Below are positions 9,256 through 18,444 of a DNA stretch of 34,651 nt, in pieces; position 1 is the first letter of the stretch, and each line of letters opens with the position of its first letter. The stretch is taken from the IMG/VR virus record IMGVR_UViG_3300021957_003318, one strand, 5' to 3'. The DNA is from an uncultured virus (IMG/VR IMGVR_UViG_3300021957_003318) (lineage: Duplodnaviria > Heunggongvirae > Uroviricota > Caudoviricetes > Demerecviridae). The translations under genes were made by a program, and so were the position numbers. The notes below the pieces were generated by a model. The model saw nothing but the letters and a program-made list of their open reading frames with translations. It had not been told where the DNA came from and did not search any database.

Positions 9256-10014
9256 TTAATTTTCTCCAATTAAATGTTTTATATTACTTATTATAATAAC
9301 ACCTCGGTCACGAGCTGTTTCCGTCTTTGCTGACTCAATGCCTGACTCATTTATAAGATGAGTACAAACTTTTGTTAGACTTGATTTTACTACGAATCCA
9401 TACTGTTCTAATACTTTAGTAGCATGGGCTTTTGTAGGGTAGCTTTTTAACTTACCACTAATACATACAACACCAGTGACCTCTTTCTTTTTATTAATTT
9501 TATTATTCCAATTGAAGGGTAATGTGTCTTTGTATCTGTTAGGATAGAATTCTGTTTCCATGAAATTTACCAAGTTAGCTGATGCTTTTGGTCCGATACC
9601 TGCCTCAGTACAACTGTTCTCGCTAATATCTTCGATGTTTGATATTATATCGCATAATTTTTGAGAAGCCGACCGACCAATAAGTGGTATTGAGAAAGCT
9701 GGTAGAATGTCTATCAACTTACTACTCTTTGACTTCTGCAATTCATCAAAAAGTTTCTCAGCTAGTTTTTCACTTTGTATTCTATCCTGTATATCTGATA
9801 CAGTAAGTTCGTAAAGCTCGGGCAAAGATTCAACACCTAACTTAGAGATAGTTGAAGGTCCAAGCCCTTTTATTTTAAGAGAAGATGAAAAGGACTCCAA
9901 CTTTTTACTCCATTGTGCAGGACACTTTGTGTTTCTGCAGAACAACTGCTCATTGACTAACTCTAAAATAGAGTCGCAACAAGGACAATTGGTTGGTGGT
10001 GTAATCGTTGTCAT
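9256..10014 (-). CDS. NAD-dependent DNA ligase, C-terminal subunit (zinc finger, HhH, BRCT)
   Basis: PTNCPCCDS...FCRNTKC zinc finger, IKGLGP and GIGPK HhH motifs, VCISGKL...THLI BRCT. Confidence 0.93.
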   Translation of the reverse strand: MTTITPPTNCPCCDSILELVNEQLFCRNTKCPAQWSKKLESFSSSLKIKGLGPSTISKLGVESLPELYELTVSDIQDRIQSEKLAEKLFDELQKSKSSKLIDILPAFSIPLIGRSASQKLCDIISNIEDISENSCTEAGIGPKASANLVNFMETEFYPNRYKDTLPFNWNNKINKKKEVTGVVCISGKLKSYPTKAHATKVLEQYGFVVKSSLTKVCTHLINESGIESAKTETARDRGVIIISNIKHLIGEN

Positions 10015-10041
10015 TTCTTTTCTCTCTCAAATATATAATAT

Positions 10042-10081
10042 ATTATACAAAAAGTTTAAGCATCTGTCAAGAACTATTTTT
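10042..10081 (-). promoter_or_regulatory. Sigma70-type promoter for ligase B-D5
   Basis: AAAAATAGTTC-TTGACA(10070-10065)-17-TATAAT(10047-10042). Confidence 0.85.
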
Positions 10082-10116
10082 GAAATGCTCAGGAAAATTT
10101 CCACATTCAAAATTTA

Positions 10117-10221
10117 CTACTCCTCGTAGATGTGGGTATCTTCCACAATGTTTCGATTTTTCCACTGAAAGTATAATGCCTTTAGTTTTTTAACTAAAGA
10201 GCTTATCCAATTTTTTATCAT
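10117..10221 (-). CDS. Small hypothetical protein (34 aa), not in the ORF track
   Basis: GAGG RBS then MIKNWISSLVKKLKALYFQWKNRNIVEDTHIYEE*. Confidence 0.5.
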   Translation of the reverse strand: MIKNWISSLVKKLKALYFQWKNRNIVEDTHIYEE

Positions 10222-11023
10222 AAATATCCTCTATTATTTTATCCGCCATTGCCTTATGACCATCTTCTAAGGGGTGGTCCATTGGCCCGTACTTTGTTTG
10301 TATTCTATACTTAGTTAACTCATAGAAGCCTTCGTCTGCTAGTTCAGGTATTTCTCTAAGGAAATCATCTTTTTTCATATTGTACTGCTGTTCCCAGACC
10401 ACATTAGCTCCTTCTTTCTTTACATCATCTAGTGAATCAATAGCACAGTCTACCTGTCCTTTACTCATCCAGTAATATAAATGTGGAATACCTAATCCAT
10501 TTAACATGTGCCTAAGATATATCATTTGCATAAGGGTCTCATGTAAATTCCATTTAATATTTCTACAATATCTCATGTAATTCTTCCAACCATCGTGCTG
10601 ATGTCTAGTCATGTCTGGGTGACAATATATTTCACTTCTTTTTATTTCTAAGTTTCTTTTATCAAATGCAAACCTAATATGACCTACCTGTCTCCAGATA
10701 TTCTCGTCATTTAGGTACTCTACTCTGTTTGGTCCTGACCACAATATAATTGCTATCTTCGGTTTCTTAGGCATTTGTATCATATCTGTACTAGTAACTC
10801 TGAGTATTCTGTCATTACCTCCACCTATCTTAGAAGACCTACTCCAAGTTTGGTCAAAATGTTCTGCAACTAAATGCGTATAGCATCCGTTGAATCTATC
10901 TTGTAGTTCCATTCCTTGTGTAAAACTGTCTCCATTAAAATACATGTCAGGCTTTGTGCTAGTATATCTTTTGCACTGCCCTGGATTATCTATATAATTT
11001 AAATCTAGTACTGACTCACTCAA
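10190..11023 (-). CDS. SGNH/GDSL-hydrolase-like protein
   Basis: FNGDSFT (block I), GGGNDRI and C-terminal DHPLEDGH (DxH-type). Confidence 0.7.
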   Translation of the reverse strand: MSESVLDLNYIDNPGQCKRYTSTKPDMYFNGDSFTQGMELQDRFNGCYTHLVAEHFDQTWSRSSKIGGGNDRILRVTSTDMIQMPKKPKIAIILWSGPNRVEYLNDENIWRQVGHIRFAFDKRNLEIKRSEIYCHPDMTRHQHDGWKNYMRYCRNIKWNLHETLMQMIYLRHMLNGLGIPHLYYWMSKGQVDCAIDSLDDVKKEGANVVWEQQYNMKKDDFLREIPELADEGFYELTKYRIQTKYGPMDHPLEDGHKAMADKIIEDIYDKKLDKLFS

Positions 11024-12348
11024 AATACTTTTACTCCATATCTTTTTTCAAATAATTTGGCGTCTTCCCATGTGTTAACCATAGGTTGCCCTTTTATATT
11101 TAAACTTGTATTTAATAACATTGGTATCTTCGTCACTTCGTAATACGCTTCTAGTATTGGTCGTAATGCTGAGGTGCTGTCTTTACGAACCACTTGTACT
11201 CTTGCAGTTCCATCAACGTGGGTGACTGCTTTGTGGTCGTGTTTTGCTTTTGCAACATACTGCATATACTCGTTACAATGCCCTTCAAAATATTCATCTA
11301 CAAACTCCTCCAATATCGCGGGAGCGAAGGGTCTAAACTTCTGTCGTTTTTTGACATCATTAACGGTGTCTTTAATGTCATAACGGATATCGCCAAGAAG
11401 ACTGCGATTACCAAGCGCCCTAGGGCCAAACTCTGCTTTTCCATTTGCTACTCCTACCATTCGGTTATTAATTAATTCTTCTACTACTTTATAAGGATTG
11501 ATAGGTCTATCAATATCATATCCTAAAAAAGTATCTTTAAATTCTATCCTTTGTTTTGTACTAGCAAGTATGCAACCTAATGCACTACCTGCGTCTCCTG
11601 GATTAGGAAATATCCACATCTCTTTAAACTTGTTTCTTATTTTACTGTTTGCTACACAGTTTAGTGCAACGCCACCAGCGTATGCTACTTTATCTCCGTA
11701 CGTTCTTGCCTTATCAAATATTTTTCCAATCTCAAATTCAATTTGCAACTGCGCACTAGCGGCAATATCTTCAGGTGTTTGCCAAAACCATTTTTTCATA
11801 GGAATACCTTTATGTAGATTTTCATGTACTATACTAGTCATGTCTATACAAGGTGTACCATATGCAGCCATGCCCATTGTTATATACTCATCTTCGTTTG
11901 GCTTGAGTCCTATTCGTTTTGTAATTGCACTATAGAATAATCCTAGTGACCAAGGGTACTGTCGACTCCATACTTTCTCGTGGTCTACCCAAATACTTGC
12001 TGTGTCCCATTCTCCAATAGCATCTATAACTACTGTAACATCTGGAACAAAAGGAGCAGTATAATAAGCTGCTGCCATATGACTCTCATGATGTCTAACA
12101 TGGTTTGATATAAACTTACCATTATCTGTGGGCTTCATGCCACTAGCTATTCTACGAGCATTTTTCAACTCTGTATCTTCATAGAAAAAACTTTGATTAC
12201 ATTCTAGTTTCTTAAACTCTATAGGAAGATGTTTATCATTCTTGACACGACTATACCTCTCAGCTTGAGTTGCAAATAGAATCTTATCGTCTTCCATATG
12301 TGCCACTGCGGCATCATGGAATCCTTCACTAATCCCTAAATACTTCAT
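11020..12348 (-). CDS. Carbamoyltransferase (NodU/CmcH family)
   Basis: LGISEGFHDAA, ERYSRVKND, HHESH, DAIGE, GGVALNC, EFGPRALGNRS, RPFAP, HVDGTARVQ, LNTSLN. Start moved to MKYLG at 12348. Confidence 0.96.
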   Translation of the reverse strand: MKYLGISEGFHDAAVAHMEDDKILFATQAERYSRVKNDKHLPIEFKKLECNQSFFYEDTELKNARRIASGMKPTDNGKFISNHVRHHESHMAAAYYTAPFVPDVTVVIDAIGEWDTASIWVDHEKVWSRQYPWSLGLFYSAITKRIGLKPNEDEYITMGMAAYGTPCIDMTSIVHENLHKGIPMKKWFWQTPEDIAASAQLQIEFEIGKIFDKARTYGDKVAYAGGVALNCVANSKIRNKFKEMWIFPNPGDAGSALGCILASTKQRIEFKDTFLGYDIDRPINPYKVVEELINNRMVGVANGKAEFGPRALGNRSLLGDIRYDIKDTVNDVKKRQKFRPFAPAILEEFVDEYFEGHCNEYMQYVAKAKHDHKAVTHVDGTARVQVVRKDSTSALRPILEAYYEVTKIPMLLNTSLNIKGQPMVNTWEDAKLFEKRYGVKVF

Positions 12349-12709
12349 TTTTCTTGGGGAAACTGTGTAGGATTTTTGAGTCCATGCCAAAGCATTCCGT
12401 ATGCCCTCCAAAATGGTGTTGTGTTTTATGTCTGTCTTTTTCATACATCTTGTGTAATTTCTGTTCCCATCTCCAGCAGTCGTATATCGTCCCCTGCCAA
12501 AGTCTCTGTATTCTTATGTCGTAGTTTGTAAATCCACGCCCTCGCTTTACTGCGTCTTTGAATGTTCGCCCTTTTGCGATTCCTACTTTTATTGTTTCTC
12601 GTTCCCATGTTTGCATGTTTACCAGTACTATTCCGTATAGTATGCCGTCTTTTTCTTTTTCCCACGGATGGTTGTTGAAAAAGGTTTGATTATATACTCC
12701 GCCACTCAT
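12329..12709 (-). CDS. GIY-YIG/T5orf172-like nuclease-fold protein
   Basis: GILYGI...IKVGIA...R...WEQKLH...FGGHTECF pattern. Confidence 0.7.
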   Translation of the reverse strand: MSGGVYNQTFFNNHPWEKEKDGILYGIVLVNMQTWERETIKVGIAKGRTFKDAVKRGRGFTNYDIRIQRLWQGTIYDCWRWEQKLHKMYEKDRHKTQHHFGGHTECFGMDSKILHSFPKKNEVFRD

Positions 12710-13347
12710 CGTTGATATCTATATTTAGTATTCAAAAAATTATCACAAAGTTCTTTAGAATCTATTGGAAGACCGAAATAACTTTGCCTTTGTTTATTAT
12801 TGAAAATTTCTTCATAGTATGTTATATCAACTTCTAATTTTCTTGAAAGCAATTTTAAAAGTTCACTACTCACTTCTTCCTTGATGTAGAGTTCTTTCAT
12901 ATTTTTATAGGGAGGTATTATTTCTTTTTTGAATTCATACTGACCATCCCACGACTCGTAGTGTTGTGCGTGTAATGCACTTACTACTTTTGCTTGGGTA
13001 TCGTATCGATCTAGCAGTATAATTTTGTCAAACTTTTGTGCAAACCTGTACCAAAATACAGCTTCACTTGCATTGTCTAACCAGTCCAAACCTGAACAAT
13101 CAAAAGGACGGTTCGTCCAATACATATAGAATCCAAGATATTGTTTTACATTAACAATAACTTTAACAACCACATCTTCGGGAAGATTGTGATAATCTAT
13201 ATCATGATGTATAGGTGGCAAGTTATCTACTAGGTCTAGATTCCAAGGTTCAGCTATATAATTACAGCCAAGTCCGTTGGCAAGTCCTTTCATTAATGTG
13301 GTACTTCCTGTTCTTCCATTTGCTAAGATTAATACTCTCATTACCAC
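12706..13347 (-). CDS. Sulfotransferase-like protein
   Basis: N-terminal ILANGRTGSTTL PAPS-binding loop followed by EPWN; C-terminal ITYYEEI. Confidence 0.75.
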   Translation of the reverse strand: MVMRVLILANGRTGSTTLMKGLANGLGCNYIAEPWNLDLVDNLPPIHHDIDYHNLPEDVVVKVIVNVKQYLGFYMYWTNRPFDCSGLDWLDNASEAVFWYRFAQKFDKIILLDRYDTQAKVVSALHAQHYESWDGQYEFKKEIIPPYKNMKELYIKEEVSSELLKLLSRKLEVDITYYEEIFNNKQRQSYFGLPIDSKELCDNFLNTKYRYQR

Positions 13348-13538
13348 TCGCTTCCATCTTCGATTGAAGACTGACAGCCTTGAATAAAGTCTCTATCTTC
13401 TTCGGAGAGTACAGACCAAAACTTACTGATGGTGCAACTGTATTCCATGCACCCGTTGGGGTCTGCAATATGCACATTGTTCTTCATCATGTATTCTAGT
13501 ACATCTAGTTTTTTCTGTATCTTCTCTCTTAGTTTCAT
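13341..13538 (-). CDS. Hypothetical protein
   Basis: 65 aa ORF with ATGA coupling to ligase A. Confidence 0.7.
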   Translation of the reverse strand: MKLREKIQKKLDVLEYMMKNNVHIADPNGCMEYSCTISKFWSVLSEEDRDFIQGCQSSIEDGSEW

Positions 13539-14473
13539 ACTCTTTTCACTATTCTAGGTATGATTTCTCCACTACGAATAACCTCTACATTACATCCAAT
13601 CTCTAGGTTTAGTGCCTCGATATATCCAATGTTATGTAAGGTTGCTCTGCTTATTGTTGCTTCTCCAATAGTGCAAGGCTCTAAAATCGCAACTGGTGAA
13701 ACAGCACCTGACTTCCCGACATTCCATTCAACGTCCAAGAGCCGAGTAACTACTCCAGCCTGTCTTGTTTTTAAAGCGAAACTACCTCTAGGGTGGTGTG
13801 ATGTGTAGCCTAATGTTTCAAAATATGTATTAGAGTCGACTCTTACAACTTTACCGTCCTGAGGGAATTCACGATAATCACTTTTGGTGACAGCGTTAAA
13901 CCCCATACCTGATACTAAGTTCATATCTTCTGTCCATTCAGCACCAATGGCTGGTTGGATTCCATATGCAACAAAAGTAAGGTTACGGGATTTAAATTCT
14001 TCTAAGTCTTTTAGATTCAAAGCACCACTCGCATAATTTCTAGCGTTTGGTATTGTTTTAGGGGCAACGATTTCTCCAGTAATCTGTTTGATTCCTTTGC
14101 TCCATATTTCATTTGGCACTAAAGTCTTAATTTTATCAGTAATATCTAACCCTGCTTTACCATCACCACGTGTGAGTGCTTGATAGAAGATGCCGTCTAC
14201 ATAAGTTATAGACACAGCTGCACCATCCAGTTTGGCAGTCATAATAGTTGGTTGTTTGGCGTCCCAGTTTGGTTCTTCATCTTCTCCTACAAAGACTTTC
14301 TGAAGTGAATACATTGGGAAAGGGTGTGAATATCGTGCATCAATACTTGCATGACCTACTTGCTCCTCAAGAGCAGTGTTCTCTACAAGTCTATCGTATA
14401 CTTCATCTGGCAATATAGGAGTGCCTTCTGCATACATTTGATTACAATATTCTAGGTATTCTGTCTTATTCAT
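13535..14473 (-). CDS. NAD-dependent DNA ligase, N-terminal subunit (adenylation + OB domains)
   Basis: DEVYD, MYSLQK, KLDG active site, TRGDG, NARNYASG, DGKVV, RATLHN, RSGEIIP; ends just before the zinc finger. Confidence 0.95.
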   Translation of the reverse strand: MNKTEYLEYCNQMYAEGTPILPDEVYDRLVENTALEEQVGHASIDARYSHPFPMYSLQKVFVGEDEEPNWDAKQPTIMTAKLDGAAVSITYVDGIFYQALTRGDGKAGLDITDKIKTLVPNEIWSKGIKQITGEIVAPKTIPNARNYASGALNLKDLEEFKSRNLTFVAYGIQPAIGAEWTEDMNLVSGMGFNAVTKSDYREFPQDGKVVRVDSNTYFETLGYTSHHPRGSFALKTRQAGVVTRLLDVEWNVGKSGAVSPVAILEPCTIGEATISRATLHNIGYIEALNLEIGCNVEVIRSGEIIPRIVKRV

Positions 14474-14479
14474 ATGAAT

Positions 14480-14519
14480 ATTATACAGAATTTTTAAGGA
14501 TTTGTCAAGGATTATTTTT
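14480..14519 (-). promoter_or_regulatory. Sigma70-type promoter, leaderless ligase A transcript
   Basis: TTGACA(14508-14503)-17-TATAAT(14485-14480); ATG at 14473, 6 nt after the -10. Confidence 0.85.
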
Positions 14520-14524
14520 GTGTG

Positions 14525-14827
14525 CTATAGGTAAATCTTGTCTAACACTTCTTTAAAATGAGTTTCTAGCACTCCTTTGACTTCTGATATCGAGAGAATC
14601 TCTACTAACGCCTCAAACAATCCACGACTATTATTAAAATCTAAAGGCATGGCTATGCCGTTCCTTGTAGGTTTCCATTCTTCGTCAAAGTCTTGATAGT
14701 ACTTTCTTATATGTAAATACTCTGTCTCACGAAAAGTATTGACCATAACGAAGATTTTTTCATGTTTAGCTTCGTTATAACCTATTTCTTTTTCGTAAAC
14801 AGCTGGTGCGTTATGTAATTCTATCAT
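14525..14827 (-). CDS. PC4-like ssDNA-binding protein
   Basis: VNTFRETEYLHIRKYY...EWKPTRNGIAM PC4 signature; T5 has a homologue next to the ligase. Confidence 0.85.
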   Translation of the reverse strand: MIELHNAPAVYEKEIGYNEAKHEKIFVMVNTFRETEYLHIRKYYQDFDEEWKPTRNGIAMPLDFNNSRGLFEALVEILSISEVKGVLETHFKEVLDKIYL

Positions 14828-15083
14828 TTTTCAAAATCCTCGCTAGAGGTAAGATAGAAGTTACGCTTTCAGGAGATAATAGTCTATAAGAATCAGTGTC
14901 CCAACAAAATAATAATACTTGATTATTATTCGGCTTTGCTCTGTTTCTTTTCTCCTGTATGTATTTATTGTCGAAGTCTCTAGTACAGACATTATATTTC
15001 ATTCTGCGACTGTTCTGACTTCTGTAAGTGACTACTGCATCACCAGCGTCATCAATTTTTTTAACAAAATCGTCTTTTTTCAT
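14811..15083 (-). CDS. Conserved T5-like hypothetical protein (WYL/SH3-like)
   Basis: GDAVVTYRS...KYNVCTRDF...LFCWDTDSYRLL; position between D3 and the PC4-like gene. Confidence 0.65.
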   Translation of the reverse strand: MKKDDFVKKIDDAGDAVVTYRSQNSRRMKYNVCTRDFDNKYIQEKRNRAKPNNNQVLLFCWDTDSYRLLSPESVTSILPLARILKNDRIT

Positions 15084-15159
15084 GCGTTCCTTGTTGGTAG
15101 GTTAATATCTATTACCGTCCAATCATGGTATCGTCTTGCAAGGTCTTTCTGTTAGATGC

Positions 15160-15194
15160 AAAAAAGTGCGGGCAGTCCTAAGACTACCCACATT
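15160..15194 (-). terminator. Intrinsic terminator after D3
   Basis: Minus strand GTGGGTAGTC-TTAG-GACTGCCCGC-AC-TTTTTT. Confidence 0.8.
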
Positions 15195-15203
15195 CCAGGG
15201 GTA

Positions 15204-15557
15204 TTAATCGTTAAGTTTGTTGATTAGGTTTGTGAAATACACAGCTGCTTTACCTGTAAGCTTACTTACAATAGCACTGTCTGCTTCTTCGCCTGCATCA
15301 GCAATAGCTTTAGTCAATCCATCTTGAGCTGCTGCAACATTGACTCTACCGCCACCTGTTCCACCGCTGCTTGATTTGACTGCTGGTGTTTTCTTAACAT
15401 AAACACCTGCTTTAGTTAGAATCATTCTGACACCATTTGGGCTCTCGCCTAATTCTTCAGCAATCATCTTAACAATCTCCATACTGTTTTCTGGAGTTGG
15501 TTCTTCTGCAGTATACATTTCAACTGCTTGTTCTTTACTTTCGTCTGTCCACGCCAT
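15204..15557 (-). CDS. D3: T5 D3-like DNA-binding protein (possible in-frame upstream start at 15674)
   Basis: MAWTDE...IAEELGESPNGVRMILTKAGVYVKK...KLTGKAAVYF; syntenic position. Confidence 0.85.
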   Translation of the reverse strand: MAWTDESKEQAVEMYTAEEPTPENSMEIVKMIAEELGESPNGVRMILTKAGVYVKKTPAVKSSSGGTGGGRVNVAAAQDGLTKAIADAGEEADSAIVSKLTGKAAVYFTNLINKLND

Positions 15558-15698
15558 AGTTCTTTTCCTTTTTAGTTTATAGTTTTGTTTGTATTCGGCA
15601 AGAGTGTAGGTACTGCGGTAGCCAGGACACCAACCTGTGGTTTCCAGCATTTGTGTGTAATACCTGTCGCTCATTGCTTATTTCCTTAATATAAATAT

Positions 15699-15738
15699 AT
15701 TATACAAGAATTTTGAGCATGAGTCAAGAACTATTTTT
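15699..15738 (-). promoter_or_regulatory. Sigma70-type promoter for D3
   Basis: AAAAATAGTTC-TTGACT(15727-15722)-17-TATAAT(15704-15699). Confidence 0.85.
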
Positions 15739-16091
15739 TAATAGTCATATCCGAAGTGATTAATCTCATCATGATACAGCTGGTACATTAAAGTTATACT
15801 TTTCATTGTATACCAATTCTTATAGTCCGATATATGATTTAGACCCGCCATAACTGATGTATCTTTCGGATGTAAGTCTAATGACTCTAACTCATTCTTC
15901 CAGTCTCTAAAATCAATAAAGTAAGTACAGTTTTTATATAGTTTCTTTTGGTCTAGTAAGTTGCCTTCTGCTAACCAAATATCAAAACCAATCCAATCCA
16001 TACCTTGAAGGTAACAAGCTACTGCTCTCTCATAGCTGTTTCTTACTACAGCTATATCTTTACCTTCATAGGTTAGTATTAGTTCTTGCAC
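15738..16091 (-). CDS. Short sulfotransferase-family-like protein
   Basis: AVVRNSYERAVACY resembles the VRNPxxRxxSxY 3'-PB motif; C-terminal YHDEINHFGY. No 5'-PSB loop. Confidence 0.5.
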   Translation of the reverse strand: MQELILTYEGKDIAVVRNSYERAVACYLQGMDWIGFDIWLAEGNLLDQKKLYKNCTYFIDFRDWKNELESLDLHPKDTSVMAGLNHISDYKNWYTMKSITLMYQLYHDEINHFGYDY

Positions 16092-16291
16092 AAACTTTCC
16101 AGTGCTTGTAGATTTTCTTCTGCACTTGCTAATTTATTAATCCATTTATCAAACTCAGGTAACAGGTCTGAGTGTTCCCCAATCCCTACTGAATTTTGAA
16201 AATATGTCTGTAGTACTGCTAGTGCTTCTTTCTTTTCTGCAATATACTTTGCTTCTAGAGCATCGTAGTAAGGGTTTCCTTTATACGCCAT
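16079..16291 (-). CDS. Conserved phage hypothetical helical protein
   Basis: NSVGIGEHSD motif common in aquatic phage small proteins; GGAG RBS. Confidence 0.75.
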   Translation of the reverse strand: MAYKGNPYYDALEAKYIAEKKEALAVLQTYFQNSVGIGEHSDLLPEFDKWINKLASAEENLQALESLCKN

Positions 16292-16292
16292 T

Positions 16293-16532
16293 TTATTCTC
16301 CTAATAATCCTTTCAGAAAACTGTTCTGAAATCTTAATTTATGTGTATCACTCATCATTGGTAATAATAATAAAGGTACTAAGAAAAGTACTAATACTCC
16401 CATTACTAGGAACGTGATAATTTTATGTTGAACTACAATATTATTTTTCGGTAGTGATAAAAACATTGGTCTAAATATTGTCCACAATTGTATTACCCAT
16501 GCACTTAACCACATAGCTACTAAATATTCCAT
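16293..16532 (-). CDS. Hypothetical membrane protein
   Basis: Two hydrophobic segments; AGGA RBS. Confidence 0.7.
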   Translation of the reverse strand: MEYLVAMWLSAWVIQLWTIFRPMFLSLPKNNIVVQHKIITFLVMGVLVLFLVPLLLLPMMSDTHKLRFQNSFLKGLLGE

Positions 16533-16543
16533 AATTTTCCTTT

Positions 16544-17203
16544 TTACATATACTCGCGTAAATGTCTTAGACTGCCCATCTCATAAGATGCTAGGCAATA
16601 TTGTTTACCTGCAAAACTTAGATATGGAAAGTACGTATCTTTTAAATCTTCTTGTGTACACTCTATTGTATTTACTAAATACACTCTGTACCCTCTTTCG
16701 TCTGCCAATTCAGGTTGAATCTCTTTATTAACTATCGCTGGATAGTTTTGTCTAATTGCCCAAACTTTTTCTTCAGGCTTAAACTCTTCAGATACGCACT
16801 GCTCTGGTAGCATTGCGTTCCTTCTTCCTTCATAGTCTGTCATTGAGAGCTTCTGAGGTACTCCAATTCTATCAATGATACCTTTTACGAAAGCAGGAGA
16901 ACGATATAACCCTTTGGCTATATCTGATACTGTAGCTCCTTCCAAGTACATCGCTACTGCGGTTGTAATCTCTTGTGGTGTTGCTGCCTTACCTTTGTTC
17001 TGTGCTTTTCGTTTTGCACGAAACTCCATAGTCTCGTTAAATTCTGTTATAATATTACTTAATCTTGTTGTGTTGTAAGCAATATTTAGTATACCACAAG
17101 CTTCCTTCTTGGTAATAGGTCTACTACCATCCGTTGGATTTAATAACTCAATTACCTTGGTTATATTCGCTTGTGTAATCTGTTCGTGTTTTTTTATTCT
17201 CAT
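16544..17203 (-). CDS. D2: T5 D2-like protein
   Basis: TKKEACGILNIAYNTTRL plus HTH 'YLEGATVSDIAKGLYRS'; order D2-D3-PC4-ligase as in T5. Confidence 0.78.
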   Translation of the reverse strand: MRIKKHEQITQANITKVIELLNPTDGSRPITKKEACGILNIAYNTTRLSNIITEFNETMEFRAKRKAQNKGKAATPQEITTAVAMYLEGATVSDIAKGLYRSPAFVKGIIDRIGVPQKLSMTDYEGRRNAMLPEQCVSEEFKPEEKVWAIRQNYPAIVNKEIQPELADERGYRVYLVNTIECTQEDLKDTYFPYLSFAGKQYCLASYEMGSLRHLREYM

Positions 17204-17465
17204 TTTCTACCCCCAGTAGAATTATTGCATAATGCAGAATCTTTAATAAGTCCTGCTCGTTTCTTCCATCTTTCTTTCCATAGCGTTGGGCATACTTTAT
17301 AATGTTGCCTAGGCAGAAGCCTTCGCCATGACCAGCGTCAAAGATAAACTCCGTTGACTGGATTTTATTCATACTGTAGTGACTGTCATAAGTTTTTAGT
17401 ATGTGATTTTTTAGCATGTTCAATGCCACTCTTTCGTTAAACTTATCGTTGTTGTATTCTGTCAT
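17148..17465 (-). CDS. DUF3310 / T7 gp1.7-like nucleotide kinase-fold protein
   Basis: HY...GFCLGNIIKYAQRYGKKDG...DLLKILHY. Confidence 0.8.
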   Translation of the reverse strand: MTEYNNDKFNERVALNMLKNHILKTYDSHYSMNKIQSTEFIFDAGHGEGFCLGNIIKYAQRYGKKDGRNEQDLLKILHYAIILLGVENENKKTRTDYTSEYNQGN

Positions 17466-18444
17466 CTTTAATGTACTCTCTGTATTTGTTTTCTATTTCT
17501 AATATTGCCATGAAAGTTTCTTGCTTTCTATGGGTCTTTGTCTCTAAAGTATCTGTAAACATAGGTTGAAACAAGTGAAGGTCTTTCTCAGACTGATGTG
17601 TTGTAGAGCTGATAGATACATATTCTTTTACATCTCTATACCAACTATAGTTTTTCCACTTATGTTTCTTGCCCCACAAGTACCAACAACTTTCATCACA
17701 ATGATTATTATCTAGTAATGTGTACAACGCCCATGCTTTGTAAGCATCTGTCTGTATAGCTCTAGGAGAAAAAGTAAATATATAAGATATATTCCATATG
17801 GTATCAGTCTCTAATAAATCCTGTAGTTCCATACCTAGTTCTTCTTCTATATCCCAAGCATATGTATGTGGATGCAAAGTCTTAGACCTGCCTCTCTTGT
17901 GCATAAATGTATGTGATACGTTTGGTTTCTCTTGTCTAGAGAATGCCCATACGAAAGACTCAGGGTCATTATTTATCATATGTTTTATGATAGATAAAGG
18001 TCTTGTTAAACTACCTTTCTTTCCTAAAAAGAATAAGTCTGCATCTAAAAAAGTTGCTTGTTTATAATCTTTTAGTAAACGATGGCATGCAATGACTTGT
18101 TTATAACAAGCTGCAGTACCATTCACATATATTATATCATACTCAAACATCAAGTGTTTAAGTTCTTGTTTTGCTCTTGCCCAAATTTTTGCTTCTGCAA
18201 ATACTATGATTTTACAGTCGGGCGCAACTAATCTTAAACTCATTATAGAGTATCTAAGATAAGTCAGATACATTTCATCCCCGTATAATGTATATACGAA
18301 GGCATGATTAACTGGTCTATCCCATAAAGTATTAGTTATAGGAATAGTTTTTAATTCTTCATAATGCTTTTCAGACCTAAGTATATGGTCATTTAATACG
18401 CTTTTCTCTAAGTCTCTAACCTTGTTTCCATCAGGACTTAACAT
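17443..18444 (-). CDS. Putative GT-A fold glycosyltransferase
   Basis: YSIMSLRLVAPD..IIVF, FLDADL DxD motif, later DE. Confidence 0.6.
   Translation of the reverse strand: MLSPDGNKVRDLEKSVLNDHILRSEKHYEELKTIPITNTLWDRPVNHAFVYTLYGDEMYLTYLRYSIMSLRLVAPDCKIIVFAEAKIWARAKQELKHLMFEYDIIYVNGTAACYKQVIACHRLLKDYKQATFLDADLFFLGKKGSLTRPLSIIKHMINNDPESFVWAFSRQEKPNVSHTFMHKRGRSKTLHPHTYAWDIEEELGMELQDLLETDTIWNISYIFTFSPRAIQTDAYKAWALYTLLDNNHCDESCWYLWGKKHKWKNYSWYRDVKEYVSISSTTHQSEKDLHLFQPMFTDTLETKTHRKQETFMAILEIENKYREYIKDDRIQQR

Noticed and set aside
10008..10193. 61-aa plus-strand ORF and the overlapping 9929-10129 ORF
   Set aside because: They span a minus-strand promoter and a better-supported small minus-strand ORF.
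10015..13534. Group I intron or intein explanation for the split ligase
   Set aside because: The insert consists of ordinary coupled genes, no intron core or intein motifs are visible, and ligase B has its own promoter and start.
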